A stretch of 33,263 nucleotides of DNA from Chiloscyllium plagiosum (GCF_004010195.1 NW_025213461.1:1-33263); one strand, 5' to 3'; positions 22,536 through 33,263 are shown, numbered from the stretch's first letter. Translations and numbers: made by a program. The notes: generated by a model not told the origin, from the letters alone.

Positions 22536-23470
22536 GTGAGTAATCTTTACCCATTATTTATTATTTCACTGTTGGACTAATACATTCCAGTGAACTATGC
22601 TTCAGCTAGTCTCTAAAGAAATGGACAGATACTTTTTCATATTGTCTAGATAAATCTGCTTGCAAATTGTCCATCTGTTCATTTCTGTGACAAAGGATTT
22701 TTCATTGCCAACTTTATCCCAGTGCAAAGCTAAAGTGAAAGGTACATTACATTACTCAGAAAAAAAATAGTTCTGGGAAATTGGGCAACAGGATATCACA
22801 TAGAGATAGTCATCTTTTGTCAGCTCATGTTTTATAGAATCCTTGAGCACGGGTAGAGGTGATTCAGCCCATCATGCTCCTGCTGACCCTCTGAGAGAAT
22901 TATCCAATAATGGCAATCTCCCCTGCCACTCTGTTCTTTCACCACTGTCCAGCAAATTGTTTAGAGACCCAATTTCTTTTTGAAAGTTACTATTAAAGCT
23001 GTTTGCACCTCCATTTCAGGTAGTGCATTCTGAATCATCATAACTTGCTGAATAAAAGAATTTTACAATCTAGAGCACTCTGTAATAATTTACCACATTT
23101 GCTCAGAAATACCTTCAGTCCATGACAATGTCAAGAAGGACAAAATGGAAAGATCAAGAAAACATTGTTATGTGCAAACGTCTTGACTTTGGCAGTAATA
23201 ACTTACACATTTCTGACAGCGATACGTAGATAAGAATGTAATCACTTCTGTATTTCAGCTATTATGCTATAGATTTTTCATAAATTGCTTTGAAGTTAAT
23301 ATTTGCCATCCATTCTAATTCTATTATGAATCCTTTCTCCCTACCTTTTGATCCTTTAGCAGGAATAACATCAGCTCTGCATCCAAGTGGGGCAAAACGT
23401 CTTAACTCCCAACAGGAGCTATACATATAGGCATCCAAGCTATCAGATTCTACTGTTTCTGTCTATAATA

Positions 23471-23788
23471 GTGGCACAGTGGCTCAGTAGTTAGCACGGC
23501 TGCCTCACAGCACCAGGGACCCTGGTTCAATTCCTGCCTCGGGCAACTGTCTGTGTGGAGTTTGCACGTTCTCCCCATGTCTGCGTGGGTTTCCTCCAGG
23601 TGCTCCGGTTTCCTCCCACAGTCAGAAAGATGTGCAGGTTAGGTGAATTGGCCATGCTAAATTGCCTGTAGTGTTAGTCAGGAGTGAATGTAGGGGAATG
23701 GGTCAGGGTGGGTTGTTCTTTGGACGGTCGGTGTGGATTTGTTGGGCCAAAGGGCCTGTTTCCACACTGTAGGTAATCTAATCTAATC
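23471..23788 (+). mobile_element. HE1-type V-SINE, full length and well preserved
   Basis: A-box and B-box, GTGTGGAGTTTGCACGTTCTCCCC, GGTTTCCTCCCACAGTC, tail (TAATC)3. Confidence 0.95.
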
Positions 23789-23947
23789 AGACCTACTCTG
23801 TTGACATCATTGCGAACTGAATATCTGAACATCCAATAGGAGCTATGCATTTAGCTCAAAGGGAGTTACAGTTCTTAATATCCTCTGTTCAGTCAAAAAA
23901 CAAATACAAGAATACTATTCCCGACTAGACCTTGCAAACATTTGTCA

Positions 23948-24098
23948 GGAGTTAGGATACAGATACTGGAGGAGTTAGGACCACAGATACTGGAGGAGTC
24001 TGAGTTGAAATGTGTAGTGCTGGAAAAGCACAGCAGCTCAAGCAGAATCCAAGGATCAGGAGAGTCGACGTTTTGGGCATAACCCCTTCATCAGGAAA
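23948..24098 (-). mobile_element. Single-arm Penelope-derived element with hammerhead motif (24063-24098)
   Basis: Minus strand CTGATGA-AGGGGTTATGCCC-AAAACGTC-GACT; 23/24-bp tandem duplication at 23948-23994. Confidence 0.85.
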
Positions 24099-24294
24099 GT
24101 ACTGAGATACAATCTGATTGGAAAATCCGAAAGTCAGTAAATATTGATTGCACCCAGTTAAAATTCTCACCTACAAGCAATTCTTTTTTCACACAGGCCA
24201 TGAAGAAAATAAACAATAAACAACAATTTTCTTCATAGGTTAGATAATTTTTTTCAGGTGCAGATTTGCCAAAATATTTAGTGAAAGGAAAAGA

Positions 24295-24530
24295 AGAAAG
24301 AATTTGCATTACCACAGCTCACTACATTAGGACATCCCAAAGTGTTTTACAGCCAATGAGAGAGTTTTGAAGGGAAGCCACTATAGAAAATGTAGCTGTC
24401 CCTGAGCACATATGCATAATGCCAAAAAAACAGCAGTGTGATAATGTTCAGATAATCTACTTTAATTATGTTGGCTGCAGGTTAAATGTTGTCCAGACAC
24501 TGGGAGAACATGCTTGTTTTTGTTCAAAAT
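24295..24530 (-). mobile_element. Deu-domain SINE 3' half
   Basis: GGACATCCCAAAGTGTTTTACAGCCAATG...CAGATAATC...CCAGACACTGGGAGAAC, reverse of the Deu-SINE 3' portion. Confidence 0.65.
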
Positions 24531-24532
24531 TG

Positions 24533-25130
24533 ATATAATAAGCAGGAACAAAAAGTCTTGTTACAATTTACAGAGCTTTGGTGAGACCAAATTTAGAATG
24601 CAATTTTGGTCTCGATATTTAAGAAAAGCTTGACTTGCTTTGGCAGACAGTGCGACGAAGGTTCACTAGATTGATCCCTGGAGTGATGGGGTTATCTTAC
24701 AACAAAAAGTTAACTGAATTGGGCCTATAGTTTTTGGAATTTAGAAGAATGAATGGCAGTCTCATTGAAACATTCAAAATTCTGAAGGGGCTGTCAGAGC
24801 AGATACGGAGAGCTTGATTCTGCTGGCTGTGAGAGTCAGGACATGGGGCAAGGTTTTAATACGAGAAGACGATCACTTGGGATTGTGGTGAGGAAAAGTT
24901 CCTTTACTCAAATGACTGTGTATTTTTGGAATTCTCCATCACAGAGGGTTATGAGCATTGCATTGTTGAATAAATTTAAGTCTCGGATGGACAGACGTTT
25001 GGTCTTACAGGGTAGAAAGTGTTATGAGATGTGGCCAAGAAAGTGGATTTGAAGAGTGAGATTAGCCATGATCATAATGAATGGCAGATCAGATTTGACA
25101 GGCTACATGGTATACACCTGCTACTATCTG
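24533..25130 (+). mobile_element. CR1 3' fragment
   Basis: YRALVRPNLE, RRFTRLIPG, EFRRMNGSLIETFKILKG, FTQ..V.FWNS. Confidence 0.88.
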
Positions 25131-26056
25131 TTGCATATGTATATTATATATGTGTGTGTGCACGTATACATGTGTGTTGTAGAATCTGTTATATTCACAG
25201 CAGAATGGAGATGGATCCTTGGTTTCAAAATCCCATCCAAAAGATGGATTATTAAACTAATGAAAGATTTGTACCTCATTTTACTGCAATATCAATGCCA
25301 TTGACTGACTTCCAGCTGTGGATTAATTGAGCAGTTTAAAATGAGCTCGGCAATGGATTCTAATTGCACCAGATTCAGTCAGGCTGCTTGCTGTTTACCC
25401 ATTATTAAGCCTCATGCACTTTCTGATTCATTTGAACTGTGCTTATAGAATATAAAGCTGTGTAATCAGCCTAAATACCTGAGCTAGTCCTAATTTTATT
25501 GTTTAGATTTCACAGCCAGAGGACATTACTCAACTAAGCCTGTGGAATGGAAAATGTTGGGCTCGCCGCTAAAATGTAGATCCTTTGCTGAGTGTCTGTC
25601 TCATGGATTAATTTGAATCAATGACTCCCTTGACAGCTGGTCAAACAGGAGCTGGAAGGTATCTACCTTATTGCAGTTGCCATTGTGCCACAGAACAGCT
25701 TTATTGAATGAGACTTGGGCTTGAATTCCAAATCTATCTGTCACTTGGATCTGAAAACCACGAGGGTGATAAACTTTATCTCCCATTAGTACCTCCATTT
25801 AGGAAAGCAATAGGGGCCATGGCAGCTGAACAGATCATTACTACCTTGGCAGCGGTGAAACAAATGACTTTGTCTGGGTCACAATGCATGTTAACAGACC
25901 TTAATGGGTCTTTTAAAAAGTCCGCAACTCAAACTTTTCCCTCAGATCTCAAGCAGCACAGGATGCCTAGGTAAATTGGGCAATGTAATTAAACATTGGG
26001 GGAATAGGACATCCATTTGTGAAGTTAAACTATAATTATTTATAAACGTTGCTAAA

Positions 26057-26174
26057 AGGGCTGTTGTAGCACAGCAGTAGTGTCCCTATTTTTGAGCTAG
26101 GAGGCCCAGGTTTAAATGCTACCAGCTTCAAAGGTATGTAATAATATCTCTGAACAGCTTGACTGGAAAATATC
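26057..26174 (+). mobile_element. Short (~120 bp) tRNA-derived SINE
   Basis: TSD TATAAAyGTTGC at 26041-26052 and 26175-26186; degenerate A/B boxes; related inverted copy near 26745-26860. Confidence 0.7.
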
Positions 26175-26294
26175 TATAAATGTTGCAAAGGATTTAAGTC
26201 TTTTCTTGGTGGACAAACACAAAGAATGGAATGCGAAGGCTTCCTAAGTTAAATATCTGGTAATTATGTGCTGCAGATCTCTCAGGAACTCCAG

Positions 26295-26308
26295 GTTGCT
26301 ATGACAAC
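26295..26308. promoter_or_regulatory. RFX X-box-like palindrome
   Basis: GTTGCTATGACAAC versus consensus GTTGCCATGGCAAC. Confidence 0.45.
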
Positions 26309-26344
26309 GTGCATGTTGTAGTGAGGCGCTATGGATAAAGCTAT

Positions 26345-26640
26345 CTCTCACGGCCAGACTGTGCAACAGTATCTTCCCCCCAAGCCATCAAGCTCCTTAA
26401 TACTGTATGATTGGACTCTTTTCCATTTGAAATTCTTTGCATAACTCCGAAATTGCTGCTAGAACAATGTTCATGAATTATCATTCCTTTATTACAGTGT
26501 AAGTTGTGAGTTTTGCACTTCTCTGCACTCTATGCCGCCCTGTGTAGTTTGTGTTGTCCATGTAGCACCTTGATCCTAAAGGAATGTTGTCTCATTCTTA
26601 CTGTATCAATTATATATGGTAGAAATGACAAGTAAAAGTC
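26345..26640 (+). mobile_element. Rex1/Babar LINE 3' end
   Basis: TARLCNSIFP/QAIKLLN C-terminal motif, then UTR ending in (CT)n. Confidence 0.7.
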
Positions 26641-26663
26641 TCTCTCTCTCTCTCTCTCTCTCT
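26639..26663. repeat. (TC)12 microsatellite
   Basis: Perfect TC run. Confidence 0.95.
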
Positions 26664-26892
26664 GTCAAGCTCCATGCCATCACATGCCTGAAAAGGAGTC
26701 TCTCCTACTGCCTGCCACATGCATAAATTGGCATGTTTGAAGATTGATATTCAAGCTTATTGGCTGTGTTATGAGTATATATTCATTGACCAAAAAGTCC
26801 TAGGGTGGAACCTGAGACTAGAGCTTCTAACTCAGAGCCAGGAGCAGTGTCCACTGCACCTTCAGACTTCAAGTCAAGAATCTGTCTTGATA

Positions 26893-27095
26893 TAAAAGCA
26901 ACATGCTGCATATTCTGGAAATCTGAAATAGAAACAAAATATGTTGGAAGTACTCAGTCAGTCTGACAGTTTCTGCAAAGGAAGAGACAGAGTTACCATT
27001 TCAGATACTGTATAAAAACAGAAAATGCTGAAAATACTCAGCAGGCCTGATAGCATACGTGAAGAGAAATAGAGTTAATCCTTCATGACAACTGA
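26893..27095 (-). mobile_element. Two tandem old Penelope-type terminal fragments
   Basis: Repeated AAACA.AA.ATG.TG.AA.TACTCAG...AGAGTTA units. Confidence 0.55.
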
Positions 27096-27119
27096 CAAAC
27101 TGTCTGGTCACTTGAACAT

Positions 27120-27390
27120 CTCTGATTTTGATTGCTCCCTCATTGGTGGCCTTGCCTTTAGCTGCTAATATAAATTAAGTTCTGGAATTTCCTCCCTCAA
27201 CCTCTTCAATTCCTTACCCATCCTTCTTACTTAAAGATGCCTCCTAAAATCTACGCCCTTGACCAATCTGTGGGCCATCTGGCCGAGAATGACTTCTGTC
27301 ACTCCATACCACATCTTTCCTGAGAAGCATGTTCTATTATTATATAACATGAAAGATGCTATATATATATATATATATATAGATTGTTAT
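27120..27390 (+). mobile_element. L2 LINE 3' end with (TA)11 run at 27360-27381
   Basis: IGGLAFSC...FWNFLP.PL...LK.LLK.Y..DQ pattern. Confidence 0.7.
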
Positions 27391-27399
27391 TATCATTAC

Positions 27400-27522
27400 C
27401 TTGTAGGCTCAACCCGCTGGAAACACATCTGAAGAAATCATGGCTCTCTGAAGATTATTTCCCAATGTGTGTGTCCAGCTGATAGACGACACTGAGCACA
27501 GACTGCTCTTGTAAAATGATTC
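27400..27522 (-). other. Candidate 123-nt exon (non-coding or stop-containing)
   Basis: Minus strand CCCTTTTCCTAAACTAG | exon | AAG^GTAATG; all three frames contain a stop. Confidence 0.3.
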
Positions 27523-27899
27523 CTAGTTTAGGAAAAGGGTTAATATTGATTTATTTTCTATTAATTTTTGGCTTTCAGCTTTTAAGTGAGTTTCTGTTGC
27601 GGGTAGGAAATGTCAGTTATCATTTCACTGGAAATAGGAAATCAAGCCATGTTTTAGCTGATAAGAGTTCAGGAGAAGTAAAAATCAAGCTGCTCTTTGT
27701 TAGCTGAGATTGCAGTATCACTTCCATAAGGCAGGCAGCAGTGAGATAGTCGACAGGTTACTGGTGCCACATATTCCAGCGATAAGCAAGGCCAACTCCT
27801 TAGGAAACATTGTTGAGAAATTTGCTCAAGTGATGATTATCAAACCCATGCAACTGTTTCTTGGTGAATGTTTTGATCAGTGTTAGAGAGTGGTGCACA

Positions 27900-28440
27900 G
27901 TGAAATCGTTACAGCAGCAGCTCAGTTGGTATCACTGAGTTTGAAAGGTTCAAGTCCCTCAGTAGGGATATTTTTTATTGGACAAAACTGTCCAGCAAGC
28001 ATTTATTGACTATCCCTAATTGCCTTTTTGAGGAGGTGGTTGTGAGCTGCCTTGAACCATTGCAGTCCATGTGCTGTAGGTACACACAATGTCATTAGGA
28101 AGGGAATTCCAGCAGATTTTGACCCGGCAACAGTGAAGGAACAGCGATACATTTCCAAGTCAGGATGGTGACTGGCTTGGAGAGGAACTTGTAGCTGTTG
28201 GTATTCCCATTTATTTTCTTATGTATTCTATCTCTTCAACTTCCTACCAATCTGTGGACCATCTGGTCCATTATGATCTTATGTGGCTCCATATCTAATT
28301 GAATGTATTTGAGCAACTAATCTAGGTTGAAGCTCCAGTGCAGTACTAAGGCATCACTGCACTGTCAGAGGTGGCATATTTGGAGAAGATGTAAAACTAA
28401 TGTCCTCTGAAGTGGATAAACAGATCCCATAGCACAATAT
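27900..28440 (+). mobile_element. Deu-domain SINE interrupted by an old CR1-like LINE 3' end (27965-28215, minus)
   Basis: GGTTCAAGTCCC...TTGAGCA..CCAGTGCAGTACT..CTGCACTGTCAGAGGTG..AGATCCCATAGCAC; insert contains GCATTTATTG..TCCCTAATTGCC. Confidence 0.7.
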
Positions 28441-28859
28441 CAGTCAAGCCTAGGTGTGGCAAGACCATAGAGAGAACTGGAAACAAAGATAAAAATTTTA
28501 ATTTTAAAATGGTGCTTGACGATGAGCCAATGCTGCCAATAAATAGGATTGTTAGAACAAAATTGGATAAGTCTTGGCTCTCAAGCTGTCAACATGTAAT
28601 ACATTGGATGCTTTGGTATTGTATTGTACATATGAGCATAAGTATATGTGCACTTATTAGTGATAGTAATCATTGTATGCTTGGTTCCTCTGTAAGCCAA
28701 TAAACACCTCTGAACTTCATTGTCTGGTTAAATAATTTATAATGTTAAGCATTAGAAAGGTGGGGTACTTGGAATACATTCACTACAGAGAAACTCAGCT
28801 CATCAACACTAAGGACAATTATAAATGCTGGCCTATACAACACAACGCCCATCTTGTCA

Positions 28860-29235
28860 ATTGAAAGTTCGGGAAAGATAAGATTGAGAGGAGATTTATT
28901 CGGGTTATTCAAAATCATCAGGGTTCTGGACACAGTAAATAACGAAAACATTTTCTCATTAGTAGAAGGCTCAGGACAGATTTAAGACAATAGGCAAAAG
29001 AAGCAATGGAGAAGCAATGGAGACAAGTGAACAGGATCGGGAATGTGCTGCCTGAGAGTATGATGGATGTAGGTTTAATTGAGGAATTCAGGGGGGATCG
29101 AGATTATTATCTGAAAAAGAAAAACATGCAAGGCTACTTTGAAAAGGCTAGGCAGTGGCTCTAGATGTATTATCCCTTCAAAGAAGCAATGCAGACACAG
29201 TGGGCTGAATGGCCTCCTGTGATGTAACCATTCAC
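28860..29235 (+). mobile_element. CR1 3' fragment
   Basis: RLRGDLFGLFKIIR.LD.VN.E..F; UTR GGGCTGAATGGCCTCCT. Confidence 0.8.
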
Positions 29236-29244
29236 TGATTCGAC

Positions 29245-29400
29245 AACAAAAACAGAAATTTCTGGAGAACTCAACAGGTCTGCCAGCATCTCAGTTCTGT
29301 AGAAGGGTCACTGGACCTGAAATACTAACTCTATTTTCTCTCCAGACCCTGCTTATTCTCTCCAGCACTTTCTGTTTTTGTTTCAGATCAACAATCACAG
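29245..29400 (+). mobile_element. Old palindromic Penelope-type element with degenerate hammerhead
   Basis: ACAAAAACAGAAA...TTTCTGTTTTTGT inverted ends; CTGTAGA-AGGGTCACTGGACCT-GAAATACT. Confidence 0.7.
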
Positions 29401-30189
29401 TTCTCAGTTTCTTTGTGTTTTTTTTGTTGTAATTCGACAATTCCTAACACCAGTCATGACGAGTCTACAGTAAGCTCTGTTTAGTGTGGTGACAGGTGGT
29501 CTGTCAGTATGCCCAGTATCTTTCAAATCCAAGCCTTCATTGGCTCCATTCCAATGGCCTGCACCATGTGCCTTTTGTGGGCCATTAGTATTTTCTCCTG
29601 TTACACTTCAGCAGCTGCTAATCTTTGAGCTGCTTCCCTCCATGCTAGTTTGGCCTTAAGACAGGCCAGTAAGGGAAAATGCTACCACCAATTAGACACA
29701 AGAGATGTTCACTCATTTATATGTGTGACTACTTATTCATTTCACAAATTACTGCAGCAAAAACATTTCATTCTTTCATGTTTGTGATTCATGAGGAGAA
29801 AATATTTGGGGTCTATGTGGGGAAGGGGAAGGGCAAGAAATTGGACCTATACCTTGTAGCTCTTTCAATAACCAGTGCATGCACAATGGGTTAAGCAGAT
29901 GCTTCATGCTGCACCTTTCCGTGATTTCAAGAATTTGCACCATCACATGTTGTATTTTAGATTAAGTATTAACATTCAGAAATTATATAGATTGCAAGAC
30001 TTTGCCAGGTTTTGAGAGCTCATTTTATCAGTAGTTAATTAAAGTTCTGTTTGGAAAATAATGTGTTATTTTTAAGCTCCTTTCACTCGCAAGCAACATT
30101 ACCACGTGCATCTTTGGTCATTCTTTGTTTTAAAAAGTATAGCCTTTCTGTTACTTCTGTTTACAAAGCCTTGACCTTTTCCAGTTATT

Positions 30190-30345
30190 AATTCATGTCA
30201 CAATGTTGCGACCAACTCAATCTGCTTCCAATTTTATGAATAACTACTTGTGTTGGAGATTTCTGGGAGTCCATGCAGTTACCTTCCATTGAAACCTCCA
30301 TGTCCACCATATTTATGATTTCTTCAAACAATTCAACTAGAATGG
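30190..30345 (-). mobile_element. Degenerate CR1 RT fragment
   Basis: LVELFEEIINMVD....MDSQK in ORF 30188-30496. Confidence 0.6.
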
Positions 30346-30906
30346 TGAGATGAGTAAGATTCAAACTGTGGAAGTGCTCAATAAATCTTACATTGATGAT
30401 AATATAGTTTCCTAAATATGAGTCAAACATGGTCTCGAACAGAGTTTGCTTGAGCGACCACAGATTTAAAATTGGACATTCTAAATTGACCCACATCCAG
30501 AGAAATCAGGCCTAATAGAAATTGGGCCAAACAAAATTAACCAGCTGTCAGCAGCTATCAGCTACAGAGATTAGTTGAAACCAAGATCAAAGGGATATCA
30601 AAGGTCCAGAGGGAACCAGATCAAACCAACCCAAGTGCTGTGTATCGGAGAAGTATCAATCTGACCTTCTGGCATTTTGACTATCTAACAATATGCACAT
30701 TACACATCCTGGTATGGCAACAGTGATAGGTGTTGTGTGGCCCCATTGATTTATTTTGACTTAGCTCATGACCTCACTGGCCAGAGGCCACAGAACATTC
30801 TGGAAGATCGGGGTGAGACGGCACACATCTGGAAGCCATCCCTTCAGCAAAGACATGCCAGAGAAGACTCGCAGCAAGACTCATGACAGAAGATCGTGCA
30901 GTAAAT

Positions 30907-33048
30907 CATAAGACAGCACACCATAAGGTATCGGAGTGGAAATTAGGCCATTCAGCTCATTGAATCTGCTCTACCATTGAATCATGGCTGATAAGTTTCT
31001 CAATCCTATTCTCCCACTTTCTCCTTGTACCTCTTGACCCTCTTGACAATCAAGAACCTATCTATTTCTGCTCTAAATATACTCAATGACCTGGTTTCTA
31101 CAGCCTTCTGTGGCTCTGAATTCTGCACCTTCACCATTCTCTGCCTGAAAAAGTTACTCCTTATCTCTGTTCTAAAGAGTCTTCCCTTTACTCTAAGGCT
31201 GTGCCCTCACGTCCTTATCTCTCCTACCAATGGAAACATCTTTCCAATGTCCACTCTGTCCAAGTCATTCAGTATTCTGTAAGTTTCAATTAGATCCCTA
31301 CTCATCTTTCTAAACTCCATCGAGTATAGACCATGAGAACTCAAACATTTCTCATCTGTTATTAAGCTTTTCATGAACCTCCTCTGCACCTGCTCCAGGG
31401 CTTAGTATATCCTTCCCGCGGCTTAGGGCCCAAACTTGCTCACAATGCTCTAAACGTGGTCTGACTGCAGCTTCATAAAGCCTCAGAAGTTCATACCTGA
31501 TTTTATATTCAAGTTCTCTTGAAATAAATGCCAACATTAAATTAGCCTTCCTAACTGATGAAGGGCTTATGCCTGAAATGTCGGTTCTCAGCCTGATAGC
31601 CTGACTGGCTGTGCTTTTCCAGTGCCACACTTTTCGACTCTGATTGCCAGCATCTGCAGTCCTCACTTTCTCCTTTGCCTTCCTAACAACTGACCCAACT
31701 TGTTTGCCTTGAGAAAATCCTGGACTACAATTCCCAAGTCCCTTTGCACTTCAGATTTATGAATTTTCTCCCACTTAGAAAATAGTCCATGACTCTATTC
31801 TTCCTACCAAAGTACATGACCTTACATTTTCCCTCGTTGTATTCCATCAGCGATTTCTTTGCCCCCTCTCCTAACTTGTCCAAATCCTTCTGCAACTTTC
31901 CTCCTCCTCAATGTTATCTGTCCCTGCACCTATCTCTGTATCATCTGCAAACTTAGCTAGAATGCCCCCAGTTCCTTCATCTAGATCATTAATGTATAGT
32001 TGTGGTCCCAACACTGACTCTTGCAGAACACCGCTTTGTCACTGGCTGCCATCCTCAGAAGGAGCCTTTTATTCCCACTTTCTTATTTCTGCCAGATGCC
32101 AAACTTCTATCCATGCTAGTACCTTGCTTCTAACACCGTGGGCCCTTACCTTACTCAACAAACTCCTGTGCAGCACCTTGTCAAAGGCCTTTTGGAAGTC
32201 CAAGTAGATTACATCCATTGGCTCTCCTTGATCTAACCTGCTCGTTACCCCCTCAAAGAATTCTAACAGGCATGACCACTCCTTGAGGGAACCACGCTGA
32301 ATTTGATCTATTTTACCATGCACTTCCAAATATTCAGAAATCTCATCCTTCACAATCTTACCAACAACCAAGATCAGGCTAATTAGCCTGTAATTTCCCA
32401 TCTTTTGCCTACTCCCTTCTTAAACAGGGGGATTATATTAGCAATTTTCCAGTCGTCTGGGACTTTCCTTGGCTCCAGTGACTCCTGAAAGATCACTGTT
32501 AATGCCTTCACTATCTCTTCAGCCAAGTCTTTCCAACCTCTGGGGTATAGTCCATCTGGTCCAGGTGATTTATCCACCTCAGACCTTTCAGTTTTTCTAG
32601 CACCTTCTCCTTGCCACCATACTCCGTTCTGCCCCCTGAGTCTCTTGAATATTTGAGATATTACTCGTGTCTTCCACCGTGAAGACTGACACAAAGTACT
32701 TATTCAGTTCCTCGGATCTTTCTTTGTTCCCCATTACTACTTCTCCAGCATCACTTTCCAATGGTCCATTATCCGCTTTTGCCTCTCTTTTGCCCTTTAT
32801 ATATCTAAAGAAACTCTTGCAATCTTCTTTCATATTACTGGCTAGCTTACCCTCATATTTAATCTTCTCCCCCTTTATTTCTTTTGCCATTGTCCTCTGT
32901 TGGTCTCTGTAGGGCTTCCCAATGCCCTGGCTTACCAGTGCCCTTCGCCATGCAGTTTGCTTTCTCTTTTGCTTTTATGCTGTCCCAACATCCCTTGTCA
33001 GCTATGGTTGCCTCAAACTCCCTTTAGTATCCTTCTTTATCCTGGGGA
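30907..33048 (-). mobile_element. CR1 LINE ORF2 and 3' UTR, frameshifted
   Basis: EELNKYFVSVFT, KSPGPDGLYPR, NYRLISL, YLDFQKAFDKV, VRPRLEHC.Q.W, RKMSRDLIETY; CATAAG tail units near 30907-30920. Confidence 0.95.
31555..31676 (+). mobile_element. Single-arm Penelope-derived insert starting at the hammerhead core
   Basis: TSD GCCTTCCTAAC at 31545-31555 and 31677-31687; CTGATGA-AGGGCTTATGCCT-GAAA-TGTC. Confidence 0.87.
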
Positions 33049-33221
33049 TGACCCGAGAAGACCCAGGAGAAGATCTGTCAACTTGCAAGACCCACCTTTG
33101 TGGAAGACAGCCAGTCCTATGCCAAAGAGCAAGGAAATTTCAACAGCCCAGTGCAAACATGTGGATCATTGTGGGTAATATCCTTTCTCAGACAGATAGA
33201 GCTAGATAGGGAGTAAATATT

Positions 33222-33263
33222 ACATAGAACATCACAGCACGAAACAGGCCCTTCGGCTCACGA
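33222..33263 (-). mobile_element. 3' end of a CR1 or CR1-tailed SINE running off the window
   Basis: CATAGAAC tail followed by ACAGGCCCTTCGG. Confidence 0.75.

Noticed and set aside
23471..23545. tRNA gene
   Set aside because: The tRNA-like head continues into the V-SINE body; same for the other HE1 copies
23404..23868. Similar 22-mers (CCAAyAGGAGCTATrCATwTAG) on both sides of the SINE as a TSD
   Set aside because: They are not adjacent to the SINE ends; may be an old local repeat
27400..27522. Selenoprotein exon (PAG-U-AYK)
   Set aside because: No CxxU or UxxC motif, no resemblance to a selenoprotein family I know, and no SECIS identified
1..33263. CRISPR array or prokaryotic system
   Set aside because: No regularly spaced repeats or operon-like ORFs; the content is vertebrate repeats

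Overview
Eukaryotic, repeat-dominated DNA with no intact protein-coding gene. The repeat families point to a cartilaginous fish, probably a carpet/bamboo shark (inference): CR1 LINEs, HE1-type V-SINEs, Deu-type SINEs and the shark-typical 'GCAGCATCCGAGGAGCAGG' palindromic elements. The window is intronic or intergenic and heavily nested. It holds several CR1 ORF2 relics, an older CR1-like LINE family, L2 and Rex1 ends, two Gypsy relics, a solo LTR with a 4-bp TSD, a Harbinger Myb/SANT relic, a Tigger-like MITE and many SINEs. Two signals stand out. (1) About ten minimal type-I hammerhead-ribozyme motifs (CUGAnGA-stem II-GAAA plus palindromic stem III) sit in short Penelope-derived inserts, several with 10-14 bp target-site duplications; one has an intact core (13691-13726, minus). 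(2) An ORF1-less LINE appears to have a tRNA-SINE head as its 5' end, and a matching head+tail SINE is in the same window. Repeat-free stretches carry a CTCF-like motif, an RFX X-box and three unverified exon candidates. Element boundaries were read by eye and are approximate unless TSD-delimited.
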